Positions 17,374-30,300 of a stretch of 64,000 nucleotides of DNA are shown here, piece after piece. Every line of letters begins with the position of its first letter. Within the stretch, counting starts at the first letter, position 1. A model generated the notes under the pieces. That model ran no database searches and was not told the origin of the DNA. It saw nothing but the letters and a program-made list of their open reading frames with translations. Made by a program: the position numbers and the translations under genes. The DNA comes from an uncultured Planctomycetia bacterium (lineage in GTDB: Bacteria > Omnitrophota > Gorgyraeia > 2-01-FULL-45-10). The stretch spans positions 8,410 to 72,409 of the forward strand of contig CAYVCD010000001.1 in NCBI GenBank assembly GCA_964450115.1, in the 5' to 3' direction.

Positions 17374-18372
17374 ATGTCTAGAGTGCCACGCATATACATA
17401 GAAAATGCGGTATGTTACATCACCTCCAGAGGTGACCATGAAGGAGCTATATTTAAGGAGGATGGTGACTACAAGGCTTATATGGAGTTATTGAAAAAGA
17501 CAAAAGATCAGTTTAAATTTAAGCTCTTTGCGTTTTGTCTGCTTCCGAATCATGCGCATCTGCTCATTGAGCCTGATGAAGAGAGCACAATATCGCAGAC
17601 GATGCATGGGTTAAGCTCAAATTACACGAAGTATTTTAATGGCAAATATAAGAGTAGCGGACATCTTTTTCAGGAAAGATACAAGATGGCTCTCGTAGAA
17701 AAAGATCCCAATATCGCTAATATGACCGCATATATTAACCTGAATCCAAAAGCCGTGGGAGTCACCTCAGAACCAAAGAGTTATCAGTATTCAAGTTATC
17801 CGTCTTACCTATATTATGGCGGGAGTAAGGGAAGTTTAATTGGCATTCCGGTAATATCGATCGAGAAAGAAGTGCGGGAGGTGTCGACGCACCTTAACGG
17901 AAGAAGATACGAAGATTATGTTAATAGTATATCATCGGAAGTCCTGCAGAATATCGGTAAGGAATTATCCAAAAAACCTATCATAGGATCAGATGAATTC
18001 GTTACAAGAGTAAAGTCAAAGATAGAGAGCGAAAAGCTAAAAGCTGAAACAGAAAAAGCTGGGGCCGGCGCGGTGGCCAGGAACAGTAAGAGATTTATCA
18101 TTGTCTCCGGAATCGTTATCGCTGTATTGGGACTATTGACTTTTTACCTATATTCAAGAACCATTTCTTTTAAGAGCACTCTTAAGAACAGGGAAGTAGA
18201 GCTCAGGCTGGGAGCGGTAAAGGCCAGGGGAGAGATAAAGAAAGATTTGAATGAAAGGTACCATGCTGACATGGTCTCTTATGAAGCGATGACAAAGAGA
18301 CTTGAGATAGAGAAGAAGAGGGCGGTGGAGTTGGAAAATAAATTGAAAGCTGAAGGCGCCCCAAAGATCTGA
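17374..18372 (+). CDS. RAYT/IS200-like Y1 (HUH) transposase domain fused to a C-terminal membrane-anchored coiled-coil region
   Basis: N-terminal ~140 aa match COG1943/RAYT: YHxxxRG (CYITSRGDHEGAIF), HUH motif LPNHAHLLIEP, catalytic Tyr context AYINLNPKAVGV. C-terminal TM (FIIVSGIVIAVLGLLTFYLY) plus a coiled-coil. GGAG RBS. Confidence 0.6.
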   Translation: MSRVPRIYIENAVCYITSRGDHEGAIFKEDGDYKAYMELLKKTKDQFKFKLFAFCLLPNHAHLLIEPDEESTISQTMHGLSSNYTKYFNGKYKSSGHLFQERYKMALVEKDPNIANMTAYINLNPKAVGVTSEPKSYQYSSYPSYLYYGGSKGSLIGIPVISIEKEVREVSTHLNGRRYEDYVNSISSEVLQNIGKELSKKPIIGSDEFVTRVKSKIESEKLKAETEKAGAGAVARNSKRFIIVSGIVIAVLGLLTFYLYSRTISFKSTLKNREVELRLGAVKARGEIKKDLNERYHADMVSYEAMTKRLEIEKKRAVELENKLKAEGAPKI

Positions 18373-18382
18373 ACGAAAGAAG

Positions 18383-21300
18383 ATGATCTATATGAAAAGC
18401 TTAAAAGGTAATGCTATAGTATCGGGGTGTTTTAAACTCGCGTTTATCGCATTCCTTATGACAGGCCTATGGACCAGCACTACCGCGAGCAACCCGGATT
18501 ACTACGAGTGGACGCAGAACAACTGGAACAGCAGCGCCAATCCGGCAGCGCAGGGTTCCCACCCCGGTAGCCAGACCGGCTGGACCAATTATTTTAGTAA
18601 AGACACGCCCCTTGGCATAGATACTTCCAGCGGCAAGGTGAAGCTAGCAACACTACCGTATACAATTACGAATACGACGCCAACCGATTTTAATTCCACT
18701 GAATTTCAGAATATAGAAAAAGTGAGCGATGGAAATGGAGCGTTGAGGCTCTTACCTACTATTAATGACCCCTTTGCAAATAATGAACTTCGTAAATGGA
18801 GAGCGCTTCCGAGCACTCCTTATTTTAATGCCAATACCAGATTTACGCGTATGGGTGATTATATATACTCCATATTCGTCTCCGGAGACGGCAAGCAGTT
18901 TGGCCGTATAAAAGTAAGCGACATATCGGATCCTGCCATTCTTCCAAAATGGCAATTTTTGACTTCTCTGCCCGTTCCATTAGGCGCCGGCGCGGCGATA
19001 ACCAACGATGGCCAGTATATATTCGTCCTGCGCGGCGGTGGTTCCAACGCGGCTTATTTTTATCTGCCTCCGGAAGGAACTAACCCCGGAACTAATCCAT
19101 TCACCACGGCTGACAATCCAATAACTTTACCTGTGGCAGGAAGCGAGGATCCCGTTCTTGCATGGCCTAAATTCTCTAGTTTGTCTGAAGGTGCCCAGAA
19201 AGGATCGTCGGTGATTCATGTTGGTACGATAGCCGATCGTTTCGCAAAAGTGGCGGATAGAGGACAGTTGTATGCTGTGTCAGGTGGCAATAGAACGGGT
19301 TTTTTTTACTACGACACATTTAACAAGGAATGGAGAAGGTTCACTAATCCGTCAAGAGCGGCTGTGAATGTTGGAGCCACGCTTATCCATAGAGGCGGCG
19401 ATTCTGTTTATCTGGTATTTGGAGACGGCTATAATGGCCGTATAGATAGATTTAGCAGAAGTTCTGGGACATGGTCTAATGCCTCCAGTAATACGTTTTT
19501 TCCCAAAGATCCGAATTTAATTTCTTTTCCGACTCTATGGGAAGGCTCTGTCTGCTCGTATCCCGGCTCAGGAGATTACGTATATGCGGCATTCTGTTAT
19601 TATACCTATATGCAGCCCTATAGATCGGGCGCCAATCACACGCTCCGGGGATTTTTTAGGTTCGGGCCGCTATCCGACCCAAATCCTACCTGGCAAAGAC
19701 TTGATGATGCGCCTGCCTGGATAGAGACTACTGCTTCGATCATCTATGACCCCGGTGCAGGAACAGGCGCTGAAGGAAATAAGTTGCATCTCTTTTCCGG
19801 TAGGAATTATACCCGGCCCTGGGTATACAAAACAGATAATCCGGACCCCTCTCAAAACCATTGGGAAACAATGTCTATGCCCTTAACTTATACAACCAAC
19901 AGCTCGATGGTCTACGTAAAAGCGGATACTTATACGGGAAATAAGGATTATATGTATATGGTCGTCAGAAACACATGGTTTCTCCGCTACGATGTTGCAG
20001 CGAATAAGTGGGATCTACTGGCATATCTACCAGAGACTGCCGGAGATCATCCCGGTAATCGCCTTACCTACTTGAATGGATATATTTATTACCTGGCGGG
20101 AAATAACAGTGCTGATCCGCTAGATGGATATAAGAGCGGATTTTACAGATATAGGGTATCTCAGACGTTGAATGGAAGCGACTCATGGGATCCAAAAACC
20201 GTCCTTCCGCAATTCCCAAGAGTGGATTTAAATACGAGCGATGCCATATTTAATAATGTAAATGCAGGCTCGGGCATTATAGGCATATCGCAGGGCGGTA
20301 GGAATTTTATATACGGCATCAGAAGTTCATCAAGCAGCTATTTTTATGCGATGGAAATTGGTGCCGACAATGCTCCCGTAGGAGGCTGGATTACCATGCC
20401 CAGCACAAGGGATAAATATAACAATTTAACCACTTTTAATACAACAAATTTGGTATACCCGGGTTATCCGGAAGACGGCGGTCAGCATACCTACATATAT
20501 GCCATCACGTACTTCAATACCGTAAGTGTCAGAAGCGGTTATTGTATATATAAGTATGGACCTATCGAACACGACACTGATACGGATCCCTCTACCGCCG
20601 CGCAATGGACCGAACTTTCGGCTACCTATCCTCACGATGTTACCACCGGACATAACATGTCCATCGCGTATCCTGGCACAGGCCAATATCTATACACAAC
20701 TACCGGTACATCAGATACATCGCTTGGCAGGTATAACATGCCTACAGGTGAATGGACCAAGCTCGATACTGTAGTACCCGTTGCCTATGAATATTACAGC
20801 CATGCTGTCGGAGGCAATAACAGCGTATACTTAACGACATATTATTCACAAAATAGTTTTTACCGTTATGATGTGACTTCGGGAAGGTGGGATGATCTGC
20901 CGATGGATCAGGGCGGTTTCTATTTCGAGGCCGGCAATGCGGTCAAGGACTCAAATAACAATGTATATTTTGTGGGGGGTAGGTCAGGTGATAATATATC
21001 CTCACATCTCTGGATATACAGTACTTCGCTAAAGAAGTGGGTTGGGCTTATGCGGGCGCCATTTCATTTGTCCAGAGGGACTAAAGCCGAATATTTGAGT
21101 GGTAAGGACAACTCTATAAATTCAATCTATGTAACAGAGGGTAGGCAGTCGAATCGGTTCTGCAAGTATAATATCACAAATGACGCTTGGAGTTTTTGCA
21201 AGCCTATTAAAACGGCTGTTACTACCGGCAGCCAGATAACTACCGATGGTATAAGCAAGATATACTTTGTGGCCGGAGGTGATGCTATCGGTAAGACAGT

Positions 21301-24300
21301 ATGGATCTACAATGCGCTTCAGGATGATGGCCAGGCGGATCCCTGGGGTGAGTTTCGCGAAAGCCTTAAGTTGCCATTTGCCTCTACCGTCACCGCGGAC
21401 TTGATGGAATATGCTCAAGGTAATCTATATTTAGTGGCGCAAAACAGTAACACCTTCTATAAGTATCAAGTTGACGGTCAGTTGTCAGGGTGGGACTCAA
21501 CAAGCCTTAGGCCTGTAGGCGATTCCGGCTCAGGAAGCACCATAGTGCCGAGCGGCGGAATATGCCTTTATTATCCCGGCGCGGGATCAAAGCTATACTG
21601 TATACCAAGAGATGGATTTAGCGATTTTCTATCCTATGATATAGGTACCGACCTATGGAGCCCTTTAAAAGAGATGCCCTGGATACCATCTGCCGGAGTG
21701 TCGGCTATAATTGACGCCGGCGAAAGTTGGGTCTATACGTATAACTCAGCCTGGCGCGACATTCTGATACGGTATGATAAGACCGATAATATTTGGGACG
21801 CCATACCTTCCATGCCCGCTGCGCTAAAAGGGAACTCTGCGTTATGTGCATACAAAGGATATGTATATATTCTTAACGGAGGCGCCGGAGACGGTTCCTT
21901 TTCCCGCTATAATACAGAAGGAGAGGTATGGGAACAGCTTCAGTCACCCTATTCTGCAAACTCATCGTTCACATTTCCGAACCAGGGTATATTTGCGCTT
22001 CCGGTAGAAAATCCTTATGATGGAAAAGCGTATATATATTTTACAGAGGGGTATGGCCTCAGCCGGTTTTTCAGATATAGTATAAACGACAACACATGGC
22101 AGACAGTGACAGCTCCGCCCGGAGGAACGACTTGGAAATACGGCAACAGTATGACTCAGGTGGGAAATTACCTCTATATTGTTGATGGCAATGGTACGAA
22201 TTTTTGGAAGTATCGTCTTGATGACTTCTACGACATGTCGTTTTCTGTTCCTCTTCCCGAGTCCGTAGGCAGGGGCGCCAGCGTCGCCTATAGCAGCTAC
22301 GATGGCCGCGTCTATTTCTTCTCCGGCGCCAGATTCTCTTATTTTTATAAATGGCTGCCGGGCGCAACGGGATGGACCCCATTAGCGAGCTGCCCCGTGT
22401 CGGTCAATGACAGCCAATCTAACCTGCTTTATCCCGGATTTGGAAAGTACCTCTATTACATACAAGGCTCATCATATGGGTATAGCGACCCTTCATCCGT
22501 TTTCCTTAGGTATAGTATGGACCCGACGACACCGGCCTCGGACAGATGGACCGAGCTTACTCCCTCTTCTTTCGGCATATATGTGCCGGGCACATTGCTT
22601 TATGCGGGAGGTCAAAATTTTTATGTTGCAAAAGGATATGATAGCGTTTTCTTGAGCAAATATTCCGCATTCTGCTTCGGTGATTATGTTTCTAAGCCGA
22701 TAGAAGTGGGAAGGCATTGCAAATGGGGCACGATAAGCTGGGATAGCATAGGGAGCGGATCGGTGGGAGTGAGCGCAAGAACAGGTAGCAAACTGCTTAA
22801 CGCTAATCTTACCGATGCTCTTGACTGGGGGCAAGTCACGAGCGTTGGAAACGGACAGAATCTATCCGATCCTTCAAGGCCGTTATCAAGCATCAAAGAC
22901 ACAGATAAATATATACAATATCGGGTAGATTTTTCCACGGATGAAACTGGCGTTGGGGTGATAATGCCTCGACTGGATGAGATAAGGATAAATTGGGAGA
23001 AATATGCCTCAGAAAAGACCCTCGTCTCGTCGCCATACAACACAGGGTGGGATAAAAACAGATTAAGAAAATTGATGTGGAATAATGCGGGCGCTCTTAT
23101 GAATCCTACAGGCAGCGAAATACGTTTTCAACTGCGTACATCAGCAAATGGCAGTGCGTGGAGCGACTGGCTGGGACCGCTCGGTACAAGGATGTCAACC
23201 TACGCCTTAAGCGATGATAGCTTATACGTGCGCTCCGGAGACATAAAGCAGCTTAATGCATCCGATAGCTGCGCCTCTCTTTATTATGAATTGGAGAATT
23301 TCAACTTCTGGCAGGATGTCGCCATAAGCAATAATGGACCCAGCAGCATAGCGGCGGGTCAGGTAGCTCTGATAGACATAAACAGTTCCGCGACGCATTT
23401 TTGGAATAATGTAGCTTCATCTGGCCAGGATATTAGATTTTTTGACGGAACGAACAAGATGTCATATTTTCTGGCAAAGTTTGATAATCAAAGTGATATC
23501 GCGCAGATAGCCGTAAAACTAAATAGTGCCATAGCGCCAGGCGCTACCATGCATGTATATATGTTTTACGGAAACGCTAGGGCGTTCTCTGAAAGTAACG
23601 ATATAATCAGAAATCTTACTGCTATTAAAACCGATCCGAGCATAAGTAATATAGGATGGTGGGATTGCGACCAGAGGATGGTCGCCTCATCGGCCTATTA
23701 CACTCCTGACTCATCAGGCATGGGCACTCGACTATATATGAGAAAGAACATTGTGGTCAAGTCTGGTGAGGGTGTGTCCGGCGGTAATGCATTTTATATG
23801 GATGGCGCAAGCGGTTACATGACAACATATCGGGTATCGAGTTCTTTCAGCTATAAAGGGCTAGACAGGACATTCTCTCTATGGATAAAGCCGGAAGTGG
23901 ATCCCTCCGGATCGTGCTTACTATCCAGCTATCCCATCAATGGATACAATTACAGGATACAGTTAAATTCGGCCAGGGAGATGACTATCTATATTTCAAA
24001 TTCAACACCCGGCACGGCATTTAAAGACTTTTCAGTAAAAGCCAATGCAAAAATTCCGGCAGATAGTAGTTGGCATAATATAGTATGGGTCTTGAAAGGC
24101 AAAAATGGAGCAATAACAGGAGCTGTCAATAACGGTGCCGGCAAGGTTCGATATACCACTTCTTCCCCCCACAGCTTAACGCCTTTTACGCCTATTTCTG
24201 TATTCGCAATGGGCGAGCCAACTTATAATACGCTGCAAACAATAACAAGCGTTCCGGATGCAACGCATTTTGATACCGCTATTGACTATGTTGCCAATGC

Positions 24301-27300
24301 AGATGTAACCGGCACTTATTGCGCCGGGGGAACGACATCTCTCTATTTAGACGGCACCCTTGTCGGCGGGCCATTTACGCACTATATTACAGATTGGAGT
24401 TATGTCGACACTTCTTTCCCCAGTGGCACTAACTATATATTCGGTAGCTATACGGACTATGATAATTCTGACAGAAGCTGGCTCTACAAGGGGTATGTCG
24501 ATAATCTATCATTTTATAATTATGCCTTTGACGAAACGTTGGCAAAATGTATGTATGCCGGAGCAAATCGAAATCTGGCCACCGTATTTTCCGGCGGTTA
24601 TACAGACAATACGGGCGCGAATCTTAAGAATACCGGAAAATTTTATACTACCAATCCCACCATAGAGCCTATTTACGGCGTCTTCTATAATTACGGTGAT
24701 GGCGATACGCTGGCGTCGTTTGTGCAGGATCCCAGCGTAAATGCACTCGGCACGAGCATAAAGTACCAAGTTTCTCCGGACGGATATAACTGGTATTGGT
24801 GGGATAGTACAGCACCTGCCGGCGGAGCCTGGGTTATTGCTTCGGGAGGGACATCACAGGCAAACGTCTATACCGAGATAAATGCTAATCTCTCGACGTT
24901 CAGGAACATAAATCTTCCCACCGGAGTTTCTGCCGCATCGGGCGATTTTTACTGGCGCGCTTATCTTATGTCCACAGACGGCGGCACGAGCAATCCTCAG
25001 CTTAGGAATGTAACGATCAACGTTACGAATGGCGCCAGCTCCTACTATACCGATCCGGCGGGCTTAAAAAATATAAATATTGAGAACGAGAATTGCGTTG
25101 CGGACAGGTGGATACAGTACAAGGCTATTCTCTATTCGGATGGGGAAAATACCCCCACACTCAACGACGTTGTATTGAGGTACATCGAGCCGTATATTAC
25201 AATAGGATCGCCCTCTGGCGGTGAAACATGGGTAGCCGCCACTACAGAAAATATAACATGGACGTCCCATGGCCTCGAGGCTACAAAAGCGGCCCCTGCC
25301 ACTCACGGAGTTCAGCTTAAATATTCTATCGATAACGGGGTCAGCTGGGTAAGCCCCGCCATCACCAATGATGCTCCCAATAGTAATACTCTCCCATGGA
25401 ATATACCATTTGATCCGTCTCCGCAGGCTCGCGTCAGCATCGCTTCCAGCGATTACCCTGTAATAACCGCCACGTCTCCGGGCTCTTTCAGAATATTGGG
25501 TATTATACTTAATCTACCCAATGGCGGGGAGATATGGGAGAGAGGGTCTCTGCATTCTATTGAATACAGAACGTCAGGTTATGGGAGCCCAAGCACCAAA
25601 TTAAAATTACAACTATCAAATGACGGCGGGCTCAGCTATAACACTACCCTGGCGCAGGAACAGACCGACGCGCCGCCATGGCAGATCCCATGGAGAATCA
25701 ATCAGTCCGCATCAGACAACATTAAGCTTAGAATATACGATGCAAATCCTGTTTTCTGCACACCATCGATAAGGATAGTTGATGAAAGTAACAGCTTATT
25801 CAGCATAGTAGAACCTCCCAAAATAATAATAGACAGAGTGATGAAGGTTCCGGAGGAGGAAGTTATCGACGGAAAGATGATAGCAGGAAAAAGATATAGA
25901 ATAGAATGGCATACCACATCACAACACTTCGCCGAAAATTTTATACTCGAGTACTCCAAGGACAATTTTGCGACACCCGGCATTTCTATTGGCACGGCCG
26001 CATCCGGCGTGTCGGGCGGAGTATTTCCTGCTCCCGCATCGCAACTTCAGTGCAATTATGTATGGCTGGTAATTCCCTATGACATAGCGGATATCAAATT
26101 AAAGATAAGAGAAGATCCTGCTACTGTGCCGTCTCAGAGAGACACACCGGCCCCGCAAGAAGCGACAATAGCTTTGAGTATTATAGAGCCGTATTTTACT
26201 ATTGTAAGGCCCAATGCAGGCGAAATATTTGTCAGTGGTGACAAAGAAAAAATTACTTGGACCACGACTGGTAGTGTCACAGGGCCGTTTAAACTTGAAT
26301 ATTGCACAGATTATAACGAAGTCGATCCGGGCGCATCCAGCTGGATGACTATTGAGACAAATACTGCATATCCATACTTGCCCGGAAGCATACCGCCCGA
26401 TGTGCGTGAATATATATGGCCGGTACCTATTGTCACGCAGGACAAAGAAAATTGTCGCATCAGGATCACTGATATCAGTACTAATACGATAACTGATATG
26501 TCTGATGTCAGCTTTAAGATTATTTCGCATGAAAAGATAGCTATAACGACTCCTGATGGAGGCGAAGAATGGGTTATGGGAGTGCCTTACAATATAACAT
26601 GGGGTGCAAACGGCCAGAGCGTTCTTAGTAAACAGTCACCTGTCTATGTTTATCTGTATTATTCCACAGATGATGGGAAGACATACAATGAAATACCGGA
26701 GATCGGTCCACAGGTTGCATGGAAAGAGTCGTGCGAATGGACACCGGAATTACCCGTTTCTACTACGAAAGCTAAAATAAAAATAGAGGCTCTTGATTTG
26801 AATGCTCATCCGTATCTTGTGGATGCGTCTGAGGGAGTCTTCAGTATAAAAGATCCCAGCATAAGCCGCATATGGTTGGAGCATGACGGAACAGAGGTAG
26901 CGTCGGCTTATGCTACCGGTAATTACGATATAAGATGGGAGAGCTATGGCGCTGTAAGCAATAATATTAAGATTGAGTATAGGCTCAATGGCGCCGCATG
27001 GCAAACATTAACAGCATCTACGACAACACAGGAAGGCAGCGCCAGGCTAAAGCCGTGGGAGATCCCTAAGTCCGACGGAGCGCTGCTGGAATTTAAAATG
27101 ACAGATAATAACAGGGCGTCTGTTGTAAAAATATCGGACGTATTCAGCATAACAAAACCTGTTATTAACATAACTGCGCCTGCCGCTGATTTCCCATGGG
27201 TAGTAGGATTATCCGGTACGGTGAGCTGGACCACTCAAGGTGGGGATTTCCAGGCCATCAAAAGATTAAAAGTGCAGTGCATTGCCGATGCCACCCATAC

Positions 27301-30300
27301 TTACGATATAGGCGAGATCACTACGGGATTAGAAGCTAACGCAGGCAGCTTTGATTGGACGCTGCCGGCAAATGCGCCATTGTCGACCGCCGTGAATAAG
27401 GCAACTATAAAGATATTCGATCCGGATCCAAGCGGAAGCGGCGTTACCGCTACGCTGCAGTTCAATATAAAGGAGCCTTCGCTGATAGTAGATGTGCCTA
27501 CTCAAGCCGATTCATGGAGGATCGGAAGCCAGAATAAGACTATCTCCTGGCATCGCCTCGGCATGGTCACCTATCCTATACATATATACTGCAGGACGCA
27601 GGACGGCGCGGAACACCTCCTGGCGGACATAGGCGATACCAACGTATCTGCATCATGGAACTGGACGAGCGTGGATTTCCCGGGAATCATTCCCGGAACC
27701 TCTTACATTGTAATACGGGATTCGACCGTGCCGGTGCCGATCGTTACAAAATTTGATACGGAAAGAAACGGACTATTTACGATAGAAGCGCCGAGGATAA
27801 AGATACTGGGTCCCGGCGATCCTAAAAAAATAGATAATAGCACCGATAATCCTAATTACGGGCAACAGTGGACTACCACGGATAGCAGGGGCGTTGAATG
27901 GGAATGCGACGGCATGATGGACGGACCGCTATTTAAAGTCGAATGGTCCAGAAGCGTCGGGGAGACGGTGGCGGCAAGCGGTACCATAGCAGAAGGCATT
28001 AATTCCGAGTCGCGTCTTGCGCTTTGGAGTGATATCCCTCAGGAGGCGGTCGGTCCGAATGTGCGGTTAAAGATCACGAACACAGGCTCCGCCTATGGAA
28101 CGTTCGCTCAGTCCGCGCCGTTTACGGTATTTCCAGTGCCGGAATTTTTAACCCTTACAGCGCTTGATCCTGTTACGGACGCGTCTACTAATACGGTACG
28201 AATAGGAAATACCTATAAAGTGAAATGGACGCGTAATGTTGCCGCATTCAGCAATGCGCTGGAGCTATCATTTGCCCTTACCGGAAGCCCGGCAATGTCG
28301 GATTGGCGGCCCATAACAGAAACTCCTGTGGCAAGGGACCTGGAATATTATACGTGGACCATTCCTCATACGGATATGATGCCTTATGCGGGCGCAAAAC
28401 TCAGAATATATGATACCGCATCATGGAAAAGCTCTTCCGCGGCGCACACAGAAAAAATAGTATCAGTGGATATAGGTCGTCCGGTCTTTAATAATATCAA
28501 ACTGCTAAAGCCGGGTAGCGCGCAGGCCGTAAACTGCATTGCCCTGGCGGAGGTTGCGGATATCAGGTGGGGTTGGGATGGATATATCAGCGAAGACAAC
28601 AACTCCGTTTCGATAAAGCTGATAGAAGACCTTAATGACAACGGAAAGATAGATATTAACGAATACAGTGCGCAGATAGGGACCTCTTCCAACACAGGCA
28701 GTTATAACGGTTGGATAGTGCCGGTGAATGCGCCTGCAACAAATAAAGCCAGGATAGTGCTGCAGGACATCTTCGCAAATTACGGACTAGGGAATGAGGT
28801 TATTGATGCGTCCGAGAAGTTTACTATTATTAACCAGCCCGAGATAACGCTTGTCACTCCCAATGGCGGGCAGGACTATATTATAGGAACAGACAAGATA
28901 AGCTTTGAGTGGACTTCCAGGGGAATATCCGTAGATGAGGTCAAGATAGAGCTGTCTTCGGATGATTTTAACCCTGCTTCGACTCCATACTTGGTAACAG
29001 ATGCCGCTCATCCCGATGGCAAATTCCCCAATACGGGAGAATTGCGCGATTGGTTAATACAGCAGGATTCCGCCGCGGGCAGTCATGTAAAGGCCCGCAT
29101 AAGCATGGTCGGCAGAGAGTCTGAGATATTCGATGTTTCAAATAACTCTTTCCGTATAAGAAGCGGATTTATAGTAAAGACTCCGGCTTTGAATGAGAAA
29201 TGGGCAACTAATGAAATTAAAGATATTACATGGGACACAAAAGGCGCGATACAAAAAGTGAGCTTGTTCTATAGTATCGATAATGGGATGAATTTTAACC
29301 CTATTCCCGGGGCCAAGAACATAGATAATACCGGATCATTCTCATGGAGAGTGCCTAACGAGAGAACGGATATCAACGTTACAAAGGCCCAGATAATGGT
29401 CAAAGATGCCGGCGATACGGAAGGCATAATACAGAATAAGTCCGAACCTTTCGATATAATCTGGTACAAGATCAAGTTCTATATAATCGATAAGGACACC
29501 TACAGCCCCATAGGAAATCTGATAGTGAGGAGCAAGGATGATACCGCGCTGTACTATCCGGGATGGAACGTTCCCATTGATTTGGTGAGCGCGCAGGAAA
29601 ATGACTATCTTTCGTCTCCCATAAGCTATGAATTCCCCGCCGGTACATTTGTCGTTACCTGGTCTACGAGGCCGGATGCTTCCGGGAAATCGCCGTATTT
29701 CGACAGAGGCGTAGAGGTCAAATCGAATGTTGAAAATTCGAGAAAGGGCATCCTTGTTGAACTGGAAAGCGTCATCTCTGCTCAGATAGAATGGCACGTT
29801 ATTCTTACAAACTCCTATGTTGCCCAAAGCGATACGTTAAGCGCGACTGCCTGGATAGAGCGCCGGGGAAAATTGCAGGAGCCTATACCTATGGATACCT
29901 CAGAACCGCCGGACGGCATACCGGATACGCTTGATAAGAGTAATTTTAAGTCCTGCGAACTGAAGGTATACGACTATGATACCGATACCAACACGCCTCT
30001 CAAAGTCTTTACCGACGTTCTTCCGGACGATAAGGGATTGTATAAATTTGTCTGGAACCCTACGGGCCTCCAGGAGGGTAAGACATATTTTGTCAGGGCT
30101 ACTATAACATATGGCGTCAGCAGCACTCCTTACACATCGGGAGGCACTTTCGACATAAGCGTGACAAAGGCGCAGTCGCAGATGATAACAGAGCATGCCG
30201 AACAGAAGACGCTTTTGGAGACTATAACCGGGCAGGCTGCCGTTATACAGACGGCCGTTACGACTACCATCCCGCAAAAGATAGACGAAGCAACAAGCAT